Positions 28,054 through 37,840 of a DNA stretch of 64,000 bases are shown here, piece by piece. Each line of letters opens with the position of its first letter. Positions within the stretch are counted from its first letter, which is position 1. The notes under the pieces were generated by a model. The model was not told the origin of the DNA, made no database searches, and was given only the letters and a program-made list of their open reading frames with translations. Source of the stretch: Patescibacteria group bacterium (GTDB lineage Bacteria; Patescibacteriota; Minisyncoccia; Phycocordibacterales; Phycocordibacteraceae); NCBI GenBank assembly GCA_040384725.1, contig JAZKIS010000009.1:14075-78074 (forward strand), written 5' to 3'. The translations under genes were made by a program, and so were the position numbers.

Positions 28054-28734
28054 TTATGCTGCGACGCATAGATTATTGCGCGCGAGCCAGGCAGGAAGTT
28101 CAGCAAAGGACGATATGTGATTCGCGGCGGGGATATCAGGTTGGTCTTCTGATAGTGGTCCCGTGCGGACGATCACCGTACGCATGCCGAAGTTCTGGCC
28201 GGCACGGAAATCATCATAGGTATCACCGATGAGCAGGCATTCGTCAGGATCGATTCCTTTCTCAGCCAAGAGGCGCATCGTGCAGTCGAAGACGCGACGG
28301 TCCGGTTTCCGGTGCTCAACCGTATCTTCTGCCGCGATATGGCAGAAATGGTGATCAAGCTTCTCGCCCTTCAAGAGGCCATCGAGCGACTCGCTGTCGC
28401 GCGACGTAATGATAGTGAATATGATCCCGAGGGATGCAAGGAACTCGAGAGTCGCGTGCACTCCCTCGATGGCGGTAGGCGCCGCCTCGCGGTCGAGCCG
28501 CGAAAAGATACCCATCATCGAGCTGATCACGGATTCGGAAGCGTCTGGGAAGCACTGATGCAAGATGCTCTTCAGTGGCGACCCCCAGATGCTGACCGCC
28601 AGCCTCTCCATATCGTCCGTGTACGCGTAGCCATGCTGTTCGGCAGAGATGCTCAGTTTTTGGAGCCCGTAACGGAATGAGTCGATGATCGTACCGTCCA
28701 CATCACAGAGGACGGCCTTTATGTGCCTGGACAT
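28054..28734 (-). CDS. HAD-superfamily hydrolase (subfamily IA-like)
   Basis: Motif I VLCDVDGTIIDS and motif IV LIGDTYDD. Start chosen at MSRHIK; the ORF is open to 28785. Confidence 0.75.
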   Translation of the reverse strand: MSRHIKAVLCDVDGTIIDSFRYGLQKLSISAEQHGYAYTDDMERLAVSIWGSPLKSILHQCFPDASESVISSMMGIFSRLDREAAPTAIEGVHATLEFLASLGIIFTIITSRDSESLDGLLKGEKLDHHFCHIAAEDTVEHRKPDRRVFDCTMRLLAEKGIDPDECLLIGDTYDDFRAGQNFGMRTVIVRTGPLSEDQPDIPAANHISSFAELPAWLARNNLCVAA

Positions 28735-28854
28735 GCTGAAACCCCTTTTGTCTGATCCGTTGCCTTTATAGCATGCCCGCATCATTGACGCATACCTTAT
28801 ATAAAGGTACTTTAAGACTATCTAAGCCCTGGGGGCATTTTTATTTTATCGACT

Positions 28855-30642
28855 ATGGAAATCAGGAATATCGCCATCATCGCGCACGTGGACCACGGCA
28901 AGACCACGCTGACCGACGCCATCATGAAGCAGACCGGAGCCGCCGCTGAAGGCGTCTCCATGGACTCCAACGCGCTCGAGCACGAGCGTGGCATCACTAT
29001 TTACTCGAAGAACACCTCTATCGAGTACAAGGGAACGAAGATCAACATCGTTGACACCCCGGGCCACTCCGACTTCGGCTCTGAGGTTGAGCGCGTGCTC
29101 CGTTCCATCGACTCCGTGCTCCTTATCGTTGACGCGCAGGAAGGTCCGATGCCGCAGACCCGTTTCGTACTTAAGAAGTCCCTCGAGCTCGGCCTGAAGC
29201 CTATCGTAGTGCTCAACAAGATCGACAAGCCGGCAGCAGACCCTAGCCGCGCAGAGGACCAGGTGCTCGAGCTCTTCCTCGAGCTCGGAGCCTCAGACGA
29301 GCAGTCTGACTTCACGACCGTCTACGCGATCGGTCGCGAGGGCGTCGCTATGAAGAAGCTCGACGACGAGCGCAAGGACCTCACGCCGCTCCTCGACGTT
29401 ATCCTCGAGCATGTAGAGCCAACCTCGAGCGATGTTGAGTCTGCGAAGCCCCTTAAGCTTCAGACCTTCAATCTCGCCTACGACAACTTCCTCGGACGCC
29501 TCGCTATCGCGCGCGTCTACGAAGGCGTTGTGAAGGCAGGACAGACCGTTATCGTGAAGAAGCCGGACGGTACCCCGCGCAACGCGAAGATCACGAAACT
29601 CTTCACCTTCAAAGGTCTTGACCGCGTCGACGTTCCTGAGGCGGTTGCCGGAGACATCGTTATCGTTGCAGGTATCGACGACGCCTACATCGGCGAGACC
29701 ATCACCACTGATGCGTCTATCGAGGCAATGCCTGCGATCGCGATCGATGAGCCAACCATTACGGTTAACTTCCTCGTCAACAACTCCCCGTTCGCCGGAC
29801 GCGAAGGGAAGTATGTTACGAGCCGCCAGCTCCGCGAGTATCTTGAGCGCGAGCTCGAAGTGAACGTAGGACTTAAGGTGGATTTTGTCTCTCCTGATGC
29901 CTTCAAGGTTTCGGGACGTGGCGAGCTACACATCGCTATCCTTCTTGAGAACATGCGCCGTGCAGGATACGAGATGCAGGTCTCTCAGCCGCAGGTAATC
30001 ATCCGCGAGGAGGAAGGCCAGAAGCTCGAGCCGTACGAGGAGGTCACTATCGACACTCCGACCGAGTTCCAGGGCTCCATCATCGAACGCCTCGGTACGC
30101 GCGCGTTCGTGCTCCAAAATCTCATCCAGCATGGCGATACGGTCCGCCTTACGCTCGAAGGGCCGACGCGCGGTCTTCTCGGATATCGCAACCAGTTCGT
30201 CGTAGACACCAAGGGAGAGGGAATCCTCTCGACCCGCGTTATCGGCTTCAAGCCGTACGCTGGCGAGATCAAGAAGCGCCAGGTGGGCTCCATGATCTCC
30301 ATGGCGTCAGGCAAGGCGCTCGGCTATGCGCTCTGGAGCATGCAGGAGCGCGGTGTACTCTACATCATCCCGGCTACGGAAGTGTATGAGGGTATGGTGG
30401 TGGGCAATACCTCGAAGGGCGAAGAGATGGTGGTTAATCCGACCAAGGGAAAGAATCAGTCCAACGTCCGTTCCTCGGGTATGGATGAGGCTATCAATCT
30501 CGTACCCGCGTTCACCCTCACCATCGAGCGCGGTCTCGAAGTCATGTCGGACGACGAGTATCTCGAGATCACACCGCTCTCGGTGCGCCTTCGAAAGCAA
30601 GGACTCACTGAGTCTGATCGCGCGAGGAGCAAGCGTTCATAA
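28855..30642 (+). CDS. typA: Translational GTPase TypA/BipA
   Basis: [31 protein letters not shown]. 595 aa with the BipA-specific C-terminal domain. Confidence 0.95.
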   Translation: MEIRNIAIIAHVDHGKTTLTDAIMKQTGAAAEGVSMDSNALEHERGITIYSKNTSIEYKGTKINIVDTPGHSDFGSEVERVLRSIDSVLLIVDAQEGPMPQTRFVLKKSLELGLKPIVVLNKIDKPAADPSRAEDQVLELFLELGASDEQSDFTTVYAIGREGVAMKKLDDERKDLTPLLDVILEHVEPTSSDVESAKPLKLQTFNLAYDNFLGRLAIARVYEGVVKAGQTVIVKKPDGTPRNAKITKLFTFKGLDRVDVPEAVAGDIVIVAGIDDAYIGETITTDASIEAMPAIAIDEPTITVNFLVNNSPFAGREGKYVTSRQLREYLERELEVNVGLKVDFVSPDAFKVSGRGELHIAILLENMRRAGYEMQVSQPQVIIREEEGQKLEPYEEVTIDTPTEFQGSIIERLGTRAFVLQNLIQHGDTVRLTLEGPTRGLLGYRNQFVVDTKGEGILSTRVIGFKPYAGEIKKRQVGSMISMASGKALGYALWSMQERGVLYIIPATEVYEGMVVGNTSKGEEMVVNPTKGKNQSNVRSSGMDEAINLVPAFTLTIERGLEVMSDDEYLEITPLSVRLRKQGLTESDRARSKRS

Positions 30643-30661
30643 ATAGCACGCACGTGCTTTG

Positions 30662-30706
30662 ACAAGTCGCTCGGATAGTTTTACTATCCGAGCGACTTGT
30701 TATTTC
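30662..30706 (+). terminator. typA terminator
   Basis: acaagtcgctcggatagt-ttt-actatccgagcgacttgt, perfect 18-bp stem followed by tatttcc. Confidence 0.6.
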
Positions 30707-30732
30707 CAACGCAACCTTGAAAGGAGGTTTCC

Positions 30733-31071
30733 GTGGCCTACAGAGACAATGTCCAGGCAGTGGCTGATCGCCTCCGCATCCCGAACCCGCTTCAGGAAAA
30801 TGATATCAAGATCCTGAGCCTGACGTTCGATACCGTCGACGGCGGCGAGATCGTCATTGAAGCGACCAACATGAACCTGGCTGGCAGGCTGTTCTTCCAG
30901 GATGCCTTCTCAGGCCCGGGTTTCAGGGCCTGCGAAGTGGAATTCTTCGAGCCGTTCTTCAAGCGAGCTGAGGAATATTTCGCCGAGCTCTGGCATGATC
31001 GGGCGAACCGAGCGCTCCTGAGCGCGTTCTCGGTAGCGAGCTATGTCGTCATCGACTGGAAAAAGATGTAA
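30733..31071 (+). CDS. Hypothetical protein (112 aa), GTG start
   Basis: Strong SD AAGGAGG sits 5 nt upstream of GTG. Confidence 0.5.
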   Translation: MAYRDNVQAVADRLRIPNPLQENDIKILSLTFDTVDGGEIVIEATNMNLAGRLFFQDAFSGPGFRACEVEFFEPFFKRAEEYFAELWHDRANRALLSAFSVASYVVIDWKKM

Positions 31072-31181
31072 TGCGCGTGCGTTCAGAGGGTCGTGTCAGC
31101 AATCGCTGGCACGGCCCTTCTTCATGCATCCTCTAGATGCAGTTATGTACGCTGAATGCTTACCTGATTCAATCCCTGCCC

Positions 31182-31334
31182 ATGCTGTACACCATCGCTG
31201 CCATACTTCTTATCCTCTGGCTTCTCGGCCTCGTTACGTCCTACACGCTCGGCGGCTTCGTACACCTGCTCCTCGTTATCGCTATAATCGTCGTGCTCGT
31301 CAGGCTTATACAAGGGAAGAAACCGATTCCGTAA
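31182..31334 (+). CDS. lmo0937-family small membrane protein
   Basis: MLYTIAAILLILWLLGLVTSYTLGGFVHLLLVIAIIVVLVRLI matches this roughly 50-aa family. Confidence 0.6.
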   Translation: MLYTIAAILLILWLLGLVTSYTLGGFVHLLLVIAIIVVLVRLIQGKKPIP

Positions 31335-31347
31335 CAGAAGGTATAAG

Positions 31348-31385
31348 AAAGCAAACAGCCGAGTGCTTACTCGGCTGTTTGCTTT
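31348..31385. terminator. Bidirectional terminator hairpin
   Basis: aaagcaaacagccgagt-gctt-actcggctgtttgcttt, perfect 17-bp stem. Confidence 0.55.
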
Positions 31386-32104
31386 CGACGCAGGAGAATC
31401 TCCCTCGTGTACGGCCTATCAGCTACTTCCCAATGCTCGAGATACTTTTTGAACATGGCCGCAAAGAGACGGGACCGTGCTGATGCTCGACTCCGTTCGT
31501 TTGGATGCTCTCCATGGAAGTATTCCCCGTATAGCTGATTATAGGTTTCAAAGATTCGAGCACCTTCGTACTTCGCGGACAAAGATTCAAGCTCTTCGCG
31601 GGTAGTGGAAGCGTTTGGGTGGGCAAGTATGCGTTCAATACAAGTTTTAACGTCTTCGACAGAGTACGACGTGCCTGCGGGGCTGCTCTCGATACTCTCA
31701 ATAGGAACCTTCGTATAGCTGGTAAAGCTTTCTATAAATGCTGCACGCGTCTTGAAAAGCTCGGCGCTCTCCTCAGGATCGAGGTTCATGGTTGCGAACC
31801 CAAACCCCTCGGTTTCAGACTGCAGGGTATAGTCTTTGGATTCATTGGAATACCGTTGATCTAGTCTGAGAATATACGGGTGACCTCCAATGGCTTTTCG
31901 TGTGATGAATCGATGGCGTTTCTCTAGAGGACGCATCCAGTCAGAACAGACGAAGTGCACTATCGTCCCGTCTTGAAACGGAGGATACTCATCGATTGAG
32001 TATTCATGCTCGTCATCCACGATAGGGAATGATAGGAGTCTCTCCTGACCCTTTTCAGGTACCGTAGAAGCCTTAGGCACATCGTGTCCAAACCCTTCAC
32101 TCAT
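31367..32104 (-). CDS. Hypothetical protein (245 aa)
   Basis: GC is lower than the surroundings. The stop codon is embedded in the terminator stem. No family recognised. Confidence 0.5.
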   Translation of the reverse strand: MSEGFGHDVPKASTVPEKGQERLLSFPIVDDEHEYSIDEYPPFQDGTIVHFVCSDWMRPLEKRHRFITRKAIGGHPYILRLDQRYSNESKDYTLQSETEGFGFATMNLDPEESAELFKTRAAFIESFTSYTKVPIESIESSPAGTSYSVEDVKTCIERILAHPNASTTREELESLSAKYEGARIFETYNQLYGEYFHGEHPNERSRASARSRLFAAMFKKYLEHWEVADRPYTREILLRRKQTAE

Positions 32105-32326
32105 GAGCCAACTGTACCATGATGCCCTTCAAGGGACTTGCCAAAAATCACAGTTCTGCTATACTACTCTCACAACGGTTACTCCACGGTTTGGCGTCTT
32201 GAAGAGTCATTCAAGACCAGGCACCGCGCGAAAGCGCACGGCTTGAAACTCTCGAGAACGGTTGAGTCAGAATCCTGACTACTTACACAAACCGCACGCT
32301 CACCCGTGCACTAGCATTTCAGACAT

Positions 32327-33766
32327 ATGAATTCAAAGAATGACACGCGTTCAAGCGGGCCTCGCCGCTCCTCGAACGCTCCTCGCGGACGCTCCGGCGG
32401 CCGTGCACCAGCCATGAGCTCTGCATACGAAGCAGGCATGAAGTTCGCGCTCGATAACGGCTTCAAGCGCCCAGCAACCGCAGCCGTAGAGTTCAAGCGT
32501 TCCCGCTCCGGCGGATCGTCTTCTCGCGGCCCGCGTCGCGACACGAACGGACCTTCTCGCGGCGGCCCTGGCTCCCGTGGTGGTTTCTCACGCCCATCGT
32601 CGGGCGGATCTCGCGGCGGTGGCGCACGCTCAGGCGGACGCAACTTCCAGGAGATGAACGTTGACCTCTCGAAGCTCGTTAACAAGGCAACCGCTCCTGC
32701 GGAGATCGAGGTCTACACCCCGACCCATACGTTCGCGGACTTTGCCGTTGATGAGCGTTTGAAGACCAACATCGCGAACAAGGGCTACATCACGCCAACG
32801 CCTATCCAGGACCAGTCCATCATTCCGATGCTCGCAGGGAAGGACGTCGTGGGTATCGCGAACACGGGTACCGGCAAGACTGCCGCGTTCCTCATCCCTC
32901 TTATCGACAAGGTGCTCAAGTTCCGCGCACTCGGCGTTGACGAGCGCGTTCTCGTTATGGTTCCTACGCGCGAGCTCGCTATCCAAATCGAGGACGAGTT
33001 CTTCGGCTTCTCGAAGGGTCTCGGCGTTAATTCCGTTACCTGCGTCGGAGGCGCGAACATCGTTCCGCAGATCCGCGTCCTTAAGCGCAACCCGGCATTC
33101 GTGATCGGTACGCCAGGACGCCTGAAGGACCTCATGGAGCGTCGCGAGCTCGATCTCTCGAAGTTCAGCACCGTCGTGCTCGACGAGGCGGATCGCATGC
33201 TCGACATGGGATTCATCGATGACATGCGTTTCATCATGTCGAAGATGCGTGCCGAGCGTCACACGCTCTTCTTCTCGGCTACGATGTCCCGCGATATCCA
33301 GGCACTTATCGGTGCCTTCTTGAAGGACCCGGTGCATGTGTCGGTTAAGACGCGCGAGACCTCGCATACGATCGATCAGGACGTGATCAAGGTCCATCAT
33401 TCGCAGAAGTTCGACAAGCTCGTCGAGCTCCTCAAGGAGGAGAGCTTCGACAAGGTGCTCGTCTTCGGACGCACCAAGCACGGCGTCGAGCGTCTCGCGA
33501 AGGATCTCCGTTCGACCGGCATCCGTGCTGATTCCATCCACGGAAACAAGACGCACTCGGCGCGCCAGAAGGCACTCATCGCCTTCAAGCGCGGCGACGC
33601 GCGCGTGCTCACGGCAACCGACGTCGCGGCGCGCGGTCTCGATATCTCGGGCGTCTCGCACGTGATCAACTACGACCTTCCGTCGACCTACGAGGATTAC
33701 ACGCACCGTATCGGCCGTACCGGCCGCGCGGGCAAGGCGGGCATGGCCCTCACCTTCATCCCGTAA
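32327..33766 (+). CDS. DEAD-box ATP-dependent RNA helicase with N-terminal Arg/Gly/Ser-rich extension
   Basis: Q-motif region, Walker A GTGKTAAF, DEAD box VLDEADRM, SAT, HRIGRTGRAG. The first 120 aa are RG/RS-rich and low-complexity. Confidence 0.9.
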   Translation: MNSKNDTRSSGPRRSSNAPRGRSGGRAPAMSSAYEAGMKFALDNGFKRPATAAVEFKRSRSGGSSSRGPRRDTNGPSRGGPGSRGGFSRPSSGGSRGGGARSGGRNFQEMNVDLSKLVNKATAPAEIEVYTPTHTFADFAVDERLKTNIANKGYITPTPIQDQSIIPMLAGKDVVGIANTGTGKTAAFLIPLIDKVLKFRALGVDERVLVMVPTRELAIQIEDEFFGFSKGLGVNSVTCVGGANIVPQIRVLKRNPAFVIGTPGRLKDLMERRELDLSKFSTVVLDEADRMLDMGFIDDMRFIMSKMRAERHTLFFSATMSRDIQALIGAFLKDPVHVSVKTRETSHTIDQDVIKVHHSQKFDKLVELLKEESFDKVLVFGRTKHGVERLAKDLRSTGIRADSIHGNKTHSARQKALIAFKRGDARVLTATDVAARGLDISGVSHVINYDLPSTYEDYTHRIGRTGRAGKAGMALTFIP

Positions 33767-33779
33767 GGGACATACAAGG

Positions 33780-33818
33780 CAAATCCCCCAGGATCCTCGG
33801 GTCCTGGGGGATTTGCTA
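33780..33818 (+). terminator. Helicase gene terminator
   Basis: caaatcccccagga..tcctgggggatttg, 14-bp stem. Confidence 0.6.
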
Positions 33819-33855
33819 TACTAGGCGCATAGCATTTAAGGGCATATATATTCGT

Positions 33856-34542
33856 ATGGATACCAAAGCACAGGAAGCAGGAAGCTTCTTCGAGAAATAC
33901 GGTACCGCGCTTGCGGTCCTCGTGGGTGCGCTTATTATAGGCGGCGCATTCGCGTTCGGCCAGGGAGGCGATCGCGCGGAGGTGGCACCAGAGCCTGTTG
34001 CGGTTGATATCAAGGACGTGAAGCTCGATACGGGGCCGTCCGTAGGACCGAAGGGTGCACCGGTTACCATCGCCGTCTGGTTCGACTACCAGTGCAGCTT
34101 CTGCAAGCAGTTCGAGACCACGACGCTTCAGGAAGTGGTATCAAGCTACGGAGACAAGGTCCGTATCGTCTACAAGGACTTCCAGTTCCTGGGAGCTGCC
34201 TCGAACGACTCAGCGCTCTACTCTCGTGCGGTATGGGACGCTTATCCTGACCGCTGGCACGAGTGGTTCGACGGCATGTTCGCAGGTGGCGAGGAGTCAA
34301 CACTCAACCCCGCAGCTATGGACGCGCTCTCGAGCCGCCTCGGCCTCGATGCAGAGCGAATCAACAAGCTTCTTAACGACAAGCGCGCTGACTATCAGGC
34401 AGCGATCGACGCGGATCGTGCTGAGGGCCAGGCATTCGGCATCAACGGAACGCCAGGCACCGTCATCGGCACCACGCTCGTCTCAGGCGCGCAGCCGTTC
34501 GCGAACGTGAAGACGCTCATCGACGCAGAGCTCGCGAACTAA
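33856..34542 (+). CDS. DsbA-family thiol:disulfide oxidoreductase (secreted or membrane-anchored)
   Basis: N-terminal TM/signal anchor and a thioredoxin fold with CSFC (CxxC) active site. Confidence 0.8.
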   Translation: MDTKAQEAGSFFEKYGTALAVLVGALIIGGAFAFGQGGDRAEVAPEPVAVDIKDVKLDTGPSVGPKGAPVTIAVWFDYQCSFCKQFETTTLQEVVSSYGDKVRIVYKDFQFLGAASNDSALYSRAVWDAYPDRWHEWFDGMFAGGEESTLNPAAMDALSSRLGLDAERINKLLNDKRADYQAAIDADRAEGQAFGINGTPGTVIGTTLVSGAQPFANVKTLIDAELAN

Positions 34543-34554
34543 TCTTCGCAAAAA

Positions 34555-34585
34555 GCAAAAGCCGCTCCTCGGGGGCGGCTTTTGC
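34555..34585 (+). terminator. Hairpin after the dsbA-like gene
   Basis: gcaaaagccgc-tcctcgggg-gcggcttttgc. Confidence 0.45.
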
Positions 34586-34597
34586 TATGATACAGGC

Positions 34598-35107
34598 ATG
34601 ATGCCCGAAGAGGTCGTAGTAAACGATCGTATGCAGAAGAACTATCGCTATCTGCGTACTGAGCCTATGGGCAAGAACTTCGATCCCGTGTTCACACCCG
34701 ACCTTACCCCACAGCAAATGCTGGCGCTCGGCGTGTTCGGCGGGAAGTATATGACGGACTCACGAGAGGAGTTTCCAGAGGACTGGTTCACAGACGCGAA
34801 GCTCTCGCCTCTAAAGCACGACAAGTCGCTTAATTATTTCGGTTTAGATGCGTCACAATCCCTATCAATCTGGAAAGAGAAGGGCTGGATCAACAAGGAT
34901 GATCCCCGCGGCTGGTTCCAGTGGTACTGCCGCTATTACATGGGGCGCAGGCTTCCGGACGAAGATGCTCGCCAGATCAAGCGATGGAAGCAGATGGTGC
35001 GCCATGTGGCACAGGTAAAGTATGCCTGCAGAGCTGGGGACGCTACCTGCCACACGAGGCAGCGCCAAGCGCTCCTTCATTGGGCGTATGATAGTAGGAA
35101 GCTATGA
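34598..35107 (+). CDS. Hypothetical protein (169 aa, Trp/Tyr-rich)
   Basis: No family recognised. ATGA overlap with the downstream zincin-like gene. Confidence 0.5.
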   Translation: MMPEEVVVNDRMQKNYRYLRTEPMGKNFDPVFTPDLTPQQMLALGVFGGKYMTDSREEFPEDWFTDAKLSPLKHDKSLNYFGLDASQSLSIWKEKGWINKDDPRGWFQWYCRYYMGRRLPDEDARQIKRWKQMVRHVAQVKYACRAGDATCHTRQRQALLHWAYDSRKL

Positions 35108-35514
35108 ACGAACAGGAATTCGAACAGATCGCGAATGCGGAATGGGAACGCATGCCCGACAGGTTCAAGCTGAAGATCACGAACCTGGCGCTCCTTATAG
35201 AAGACGACGTAAGCGAGGACGTACGGAAAGAGGAAGGACTTGAGGAAGGTGAATCCTTGCTCGGTCTCTATCATGGCATTCCTTTAACGGAGCGAGGAAG
35301 CGAGTACGGGGTAGGAGGTACATTGCCCGACACTATAACCCTGTACCGACTTCCGATTCTTGAAGAGGCGAGCGAGATGGATCGAGCGTTCCGTGATGCG
35401 GTGCGCATCGTAATACGAGAGACCCTTTGGCACGAAGTGGGGCATTACTTTGGGTTGCCTGAGCACGGGGTTAATGAACGGGAAGAGGAGGGGACGAATC
35501 GTTTCGATTCTTAG
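35104..35514 (+). CDS. Small zincin-like metallopeptidase family protein (DUF1025/Zincin_1-like)
   Basis: ..LLGLYHGIPLTERGSEYG..LPDTITLYRLPI.. and the HEVGHYFG (HExxH) motif. Confidence 0.65.
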   Translation: MNEQEFEQIANAEWERMPDRFKLKITNLALLIEDDVSEDVRKEEGLEEGESLLGLYHGIPLTERGSEYGVGGTLPDTITLYRLPILEEASEMDRAFRDAVRIVIRETLWHEVGHYFGLPEHGVNEREEEGTNRFDS

Positions 35515-35549
35515 TCTCCCAGCAAACTTCACGCGTTATAATCTCAGCA

Positions 35550-36206
35550 ATGGATCTCATCGACACTTTAGCGATAAAGCTCTGGAACTACCACCACGTA
35601 GGGCATGCCCTGGAGAAGGCTGACGTCATCTTTGCACTTGGTAGTCACGATCTAAGCGTTGCGCGTTTTGCTGCACATCTCTTCCAAGAAGGATGGGCTC
35701 CTCTCCTAGCATTTTCAGGCGGCATTGCGCATCAGGGTGATTCGCTGCGAACTGGCTGGGATAAGTCGGAGGCGGAAATGTTTGCTGAGGTGGCGATGGG
35801 TATGGGAATACGGAAGGAAGAAATCCTTATCGAAGATAGGGCAACCAACACGGGAGAGAATTTCGCTTTTATGGAACGGGTGTTCAAGGAGCAAGGCTTA
35901 AATCCTAAGAAAATAATTCTTGTGCAGAAGCCTTATATGGAGCGAAGAGCCCTAGCAACGGCCTTGGTACATTGGCCAGAAAGGGAATTCATCTCGACTT
36001 CCATGCCTGTATCGTATGAGGAGTATACGAGTGGCGACATACCGAAGGAACGAATCATTAATATTATGGTTGGCGACCTTCAAAGAATTAAACTGTATGG
36101 GGAGAAAGGATTTCAGATCCCACAAGATATACCTGCTGACGTGTGGGCTGCTTATATGGAGCTAGTGCAACTAGGTTATACGTCTCATCTGATTTCTGAA
36201 GACTAG
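35550..36206 (+). CDS. YdcF/DUF218 family protein
   Basis: ..IEDRATNTGENFAF.. core motif of DUF218. Confidence 0.7.
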   Translation: MDLIDTLAIKLWNYHHVGHALEKADVIFALGSHDLSVARFAAHLFQEGWAPLLAFSGGIAHQGDSLRTGWDKSEAEMFAEVAMGMGIRKEEILIEDRATNTGENFAFMERVFKEQGLNPKKIILVQKPYMERRALATALVHWPEREFISTSMPVSYEEYTSGDIPKERIINIMVGDLQRIKLYGEKGFQIPQDIPADVWAAYMELVQLGYTSHLISED

Positions 36207-36629
36207 GATTCTAACATCGTCCCAGACCCTCAGCATAAAATACAAAACCGGACCCCAGGGAGTCCGGTTCGTGCATACGGCTAGCGTGATAGAGGGCGTG
36301 TCTCTGGGACACGAGGGAGGGCAAACGGTTCGTTGTTGAATCGTACATGCCCGGCACTCGCAGCAAGGTCGGTAGCGACACCTGCAGAGACTTGCGCACC
36401 CTGAAGGAACGCGATGGCCGTATGTTCTATCTCGGAAAGGACCCCGGGAAGCAGTATCTTGAGGACGACAATAGCAATCCCGAGTCCAATGGCTTTTGTG
36501 AATGCCATACGATAGACGTAAATGGATAAAGGGAATGTAGAGGCGCTCTGGAGCGTCTCGTACTGTCGTCTTTCAAAGTTCTGGTTCCCTCTATCCTCTA
36601 GAACATCGAGAGTGGCCAAAAGGTTTCAA

Positions 36630-36670
36630 CATACGAAAGGACCTGCTCGAAGCAGGTCCTTTCGTATGTT
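36630..36670. terminator. Bidirectional terminator hairpin
   Basis: catacgaaaggacctgct-cgaa-agcaggtcctttcgtatg, perfect long stem. Confidence 0.55.
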
Positions 36671-36878
36671 GACGACCGATTAGTCGTGCGTCTCTTCTTC
36701 GCGTGTCTGTGCTTCCCGTTGTTCGTCAGCCTGGCGTCGAAGCATCTCTTCTGATTCCGCATGCGTCTCCGCGCGATCATGCTCCTGGTCTGCCTGATTC
36801 TCGAGGTCATCTGGTTCGATCATAGGTACGAGTTATTTACGCTAACTCAAGCACTATGCCGGAAGGAACCTGGAGGGT

Positions 36879-37283
36879 TCATGAAGGATTCTTGTCCCGC
36901 TTCTCGAAATCAAGGGCGATAGAGTTTATACAGTATCGTTTGCCACCAGCGTCAACAGGCCCGTCATCAAACAGATGGCCCAGATGGCTGCCGCAACTCT
37001 TGCAGAACACTTCCTTGCGTTCCATGCCGAGGCTCTCGTCAATTCTCGTCCCAACATTCTCTGCAACGAGAGGGTCAGTGAATGAAGGCCATCCGCTGCC
37101 GGAATCGAACTTCGTATCAGAACCAAAGAGGATTGCGTGACAGGCACGGCACCGGTACGTCCCGTCCGTGTGGTTCTCGACATACTTGCCCTTGAAAGGA
37201 GCTTCGGTCCCTGCCTCGCGCAGTACCTGGTATTCCTCAGGGCTGAGCATCTCTCGCCACTCTTCCTCGGTGCGTTGTTCCAT
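36879..37283 (-). CDS. msrB: Peptide-methionine (R)-S-oxide reductase MsrB
   Basis: Two CxxC zinc motifs (CRAC..., CKSC) and the catalytic RYCINS motif. Confidence 0.9.
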   Translation of the reverse strand: MEQRTEEEWREMLSPEEYQVLREAGTEAPFKGKYVENHTDGTYRCRACHAILFGSDTKFDSGSGWPSFTDPLVAENVGTRIDESLGMERKEVFCKSCGSHLGHLFDDGPVDAGGKRYCINSIALDFEKRDKNPS

Positions 37284-37349
37284 GCGGCAATTGTACTACC
37301 AGAAACATGAAGGTTGCTGGTGTATGGGGGGCGGGGTAGGATTGTAACC

Positions 37350-37802
37350 ATGAACCGCAGCCTCCTCATCGTGCTCATCCTCGTCCTCTCGTTCCTCGGC
37401 ATTGCGGACTCTTGGTATCTCTATCAGAGCGCCATGACGGACACGGCGCTTTCGTGCGATCTCGGGAGCGGGCTCGATGGCTGCAATATCGTCGCTCAGA
37501 GCGCGTACTCGCGTCTCTTCGGTGTCCCGCTCGCGCTCTACGGCGTCGGATTCTTCGCGCTCACGTTCGTTCTTGCGGCGTCGCTCAGCATCGTATCCTC
37601 TCGCAGGCTCTCCCACGTGCTCCTTGCCGTAACGCTCTTCGGCGTAGCCGCCTCAGCGGTCTTCGTGTTCATCCAGTTCGCGCTCATCAAGGCTCTCTGC
37701 ATCTACTGCATCGCTTCGGCAGGAATCGCGGTGCTCATATGCGCCCTTAGCTTTACGCTCTGGAAGCGCTTCCTGCTCGTAAAATTCGTTACGGTGCTCT
37801 AA
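37350..37802 (+). CDS. Vitamin K epoxide reductase (VKOR) family protein
   Basis: Four or five TM helices, loop cysteines (CDLGSGLDGC) and the CIYC active-site CxxC in the last helix. Confidence 0.8.
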   Translation: MNRSLLIVLILVLSFLGIADSWYLYQSAMTDTALSCDLGSGLDGCNIVAQSAYSRLFGVPLALYGVGFFALTFVLAASLSIVSSRRLSHVLLAVTLFGVAASAVFVFIQFALIKALCIYCIASAGIAVLICALSFTLWKRFLLVKFVTVL

Positions 37803-37840
37803 TCTTGACGGGGAAGGGATTGTGCTATGATGGCGGCATC

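Noticed and set aside
32630-33706. 358-aa minus-strand ORF antisense to the DEAD-box helicase. Similar antisense ORFs lie opposite groEL (50710..51483), the O-antigen-ligase-like gene (56070..57548), murJ (57750..58505), RNase J (46205..46909) and htpX (53148..54047).
   Set aside because: These are GC-driven antisense frames. The sense strands carry strongly conserved housekeeping proteins.
36281-36619. 112-aa minus-strand ORF in the gap after the YdcF-family gene.
   Set aside because: No start context and no recognisable family. It partially overlaps a terminator-like hairpin. Coding status is doubtful.
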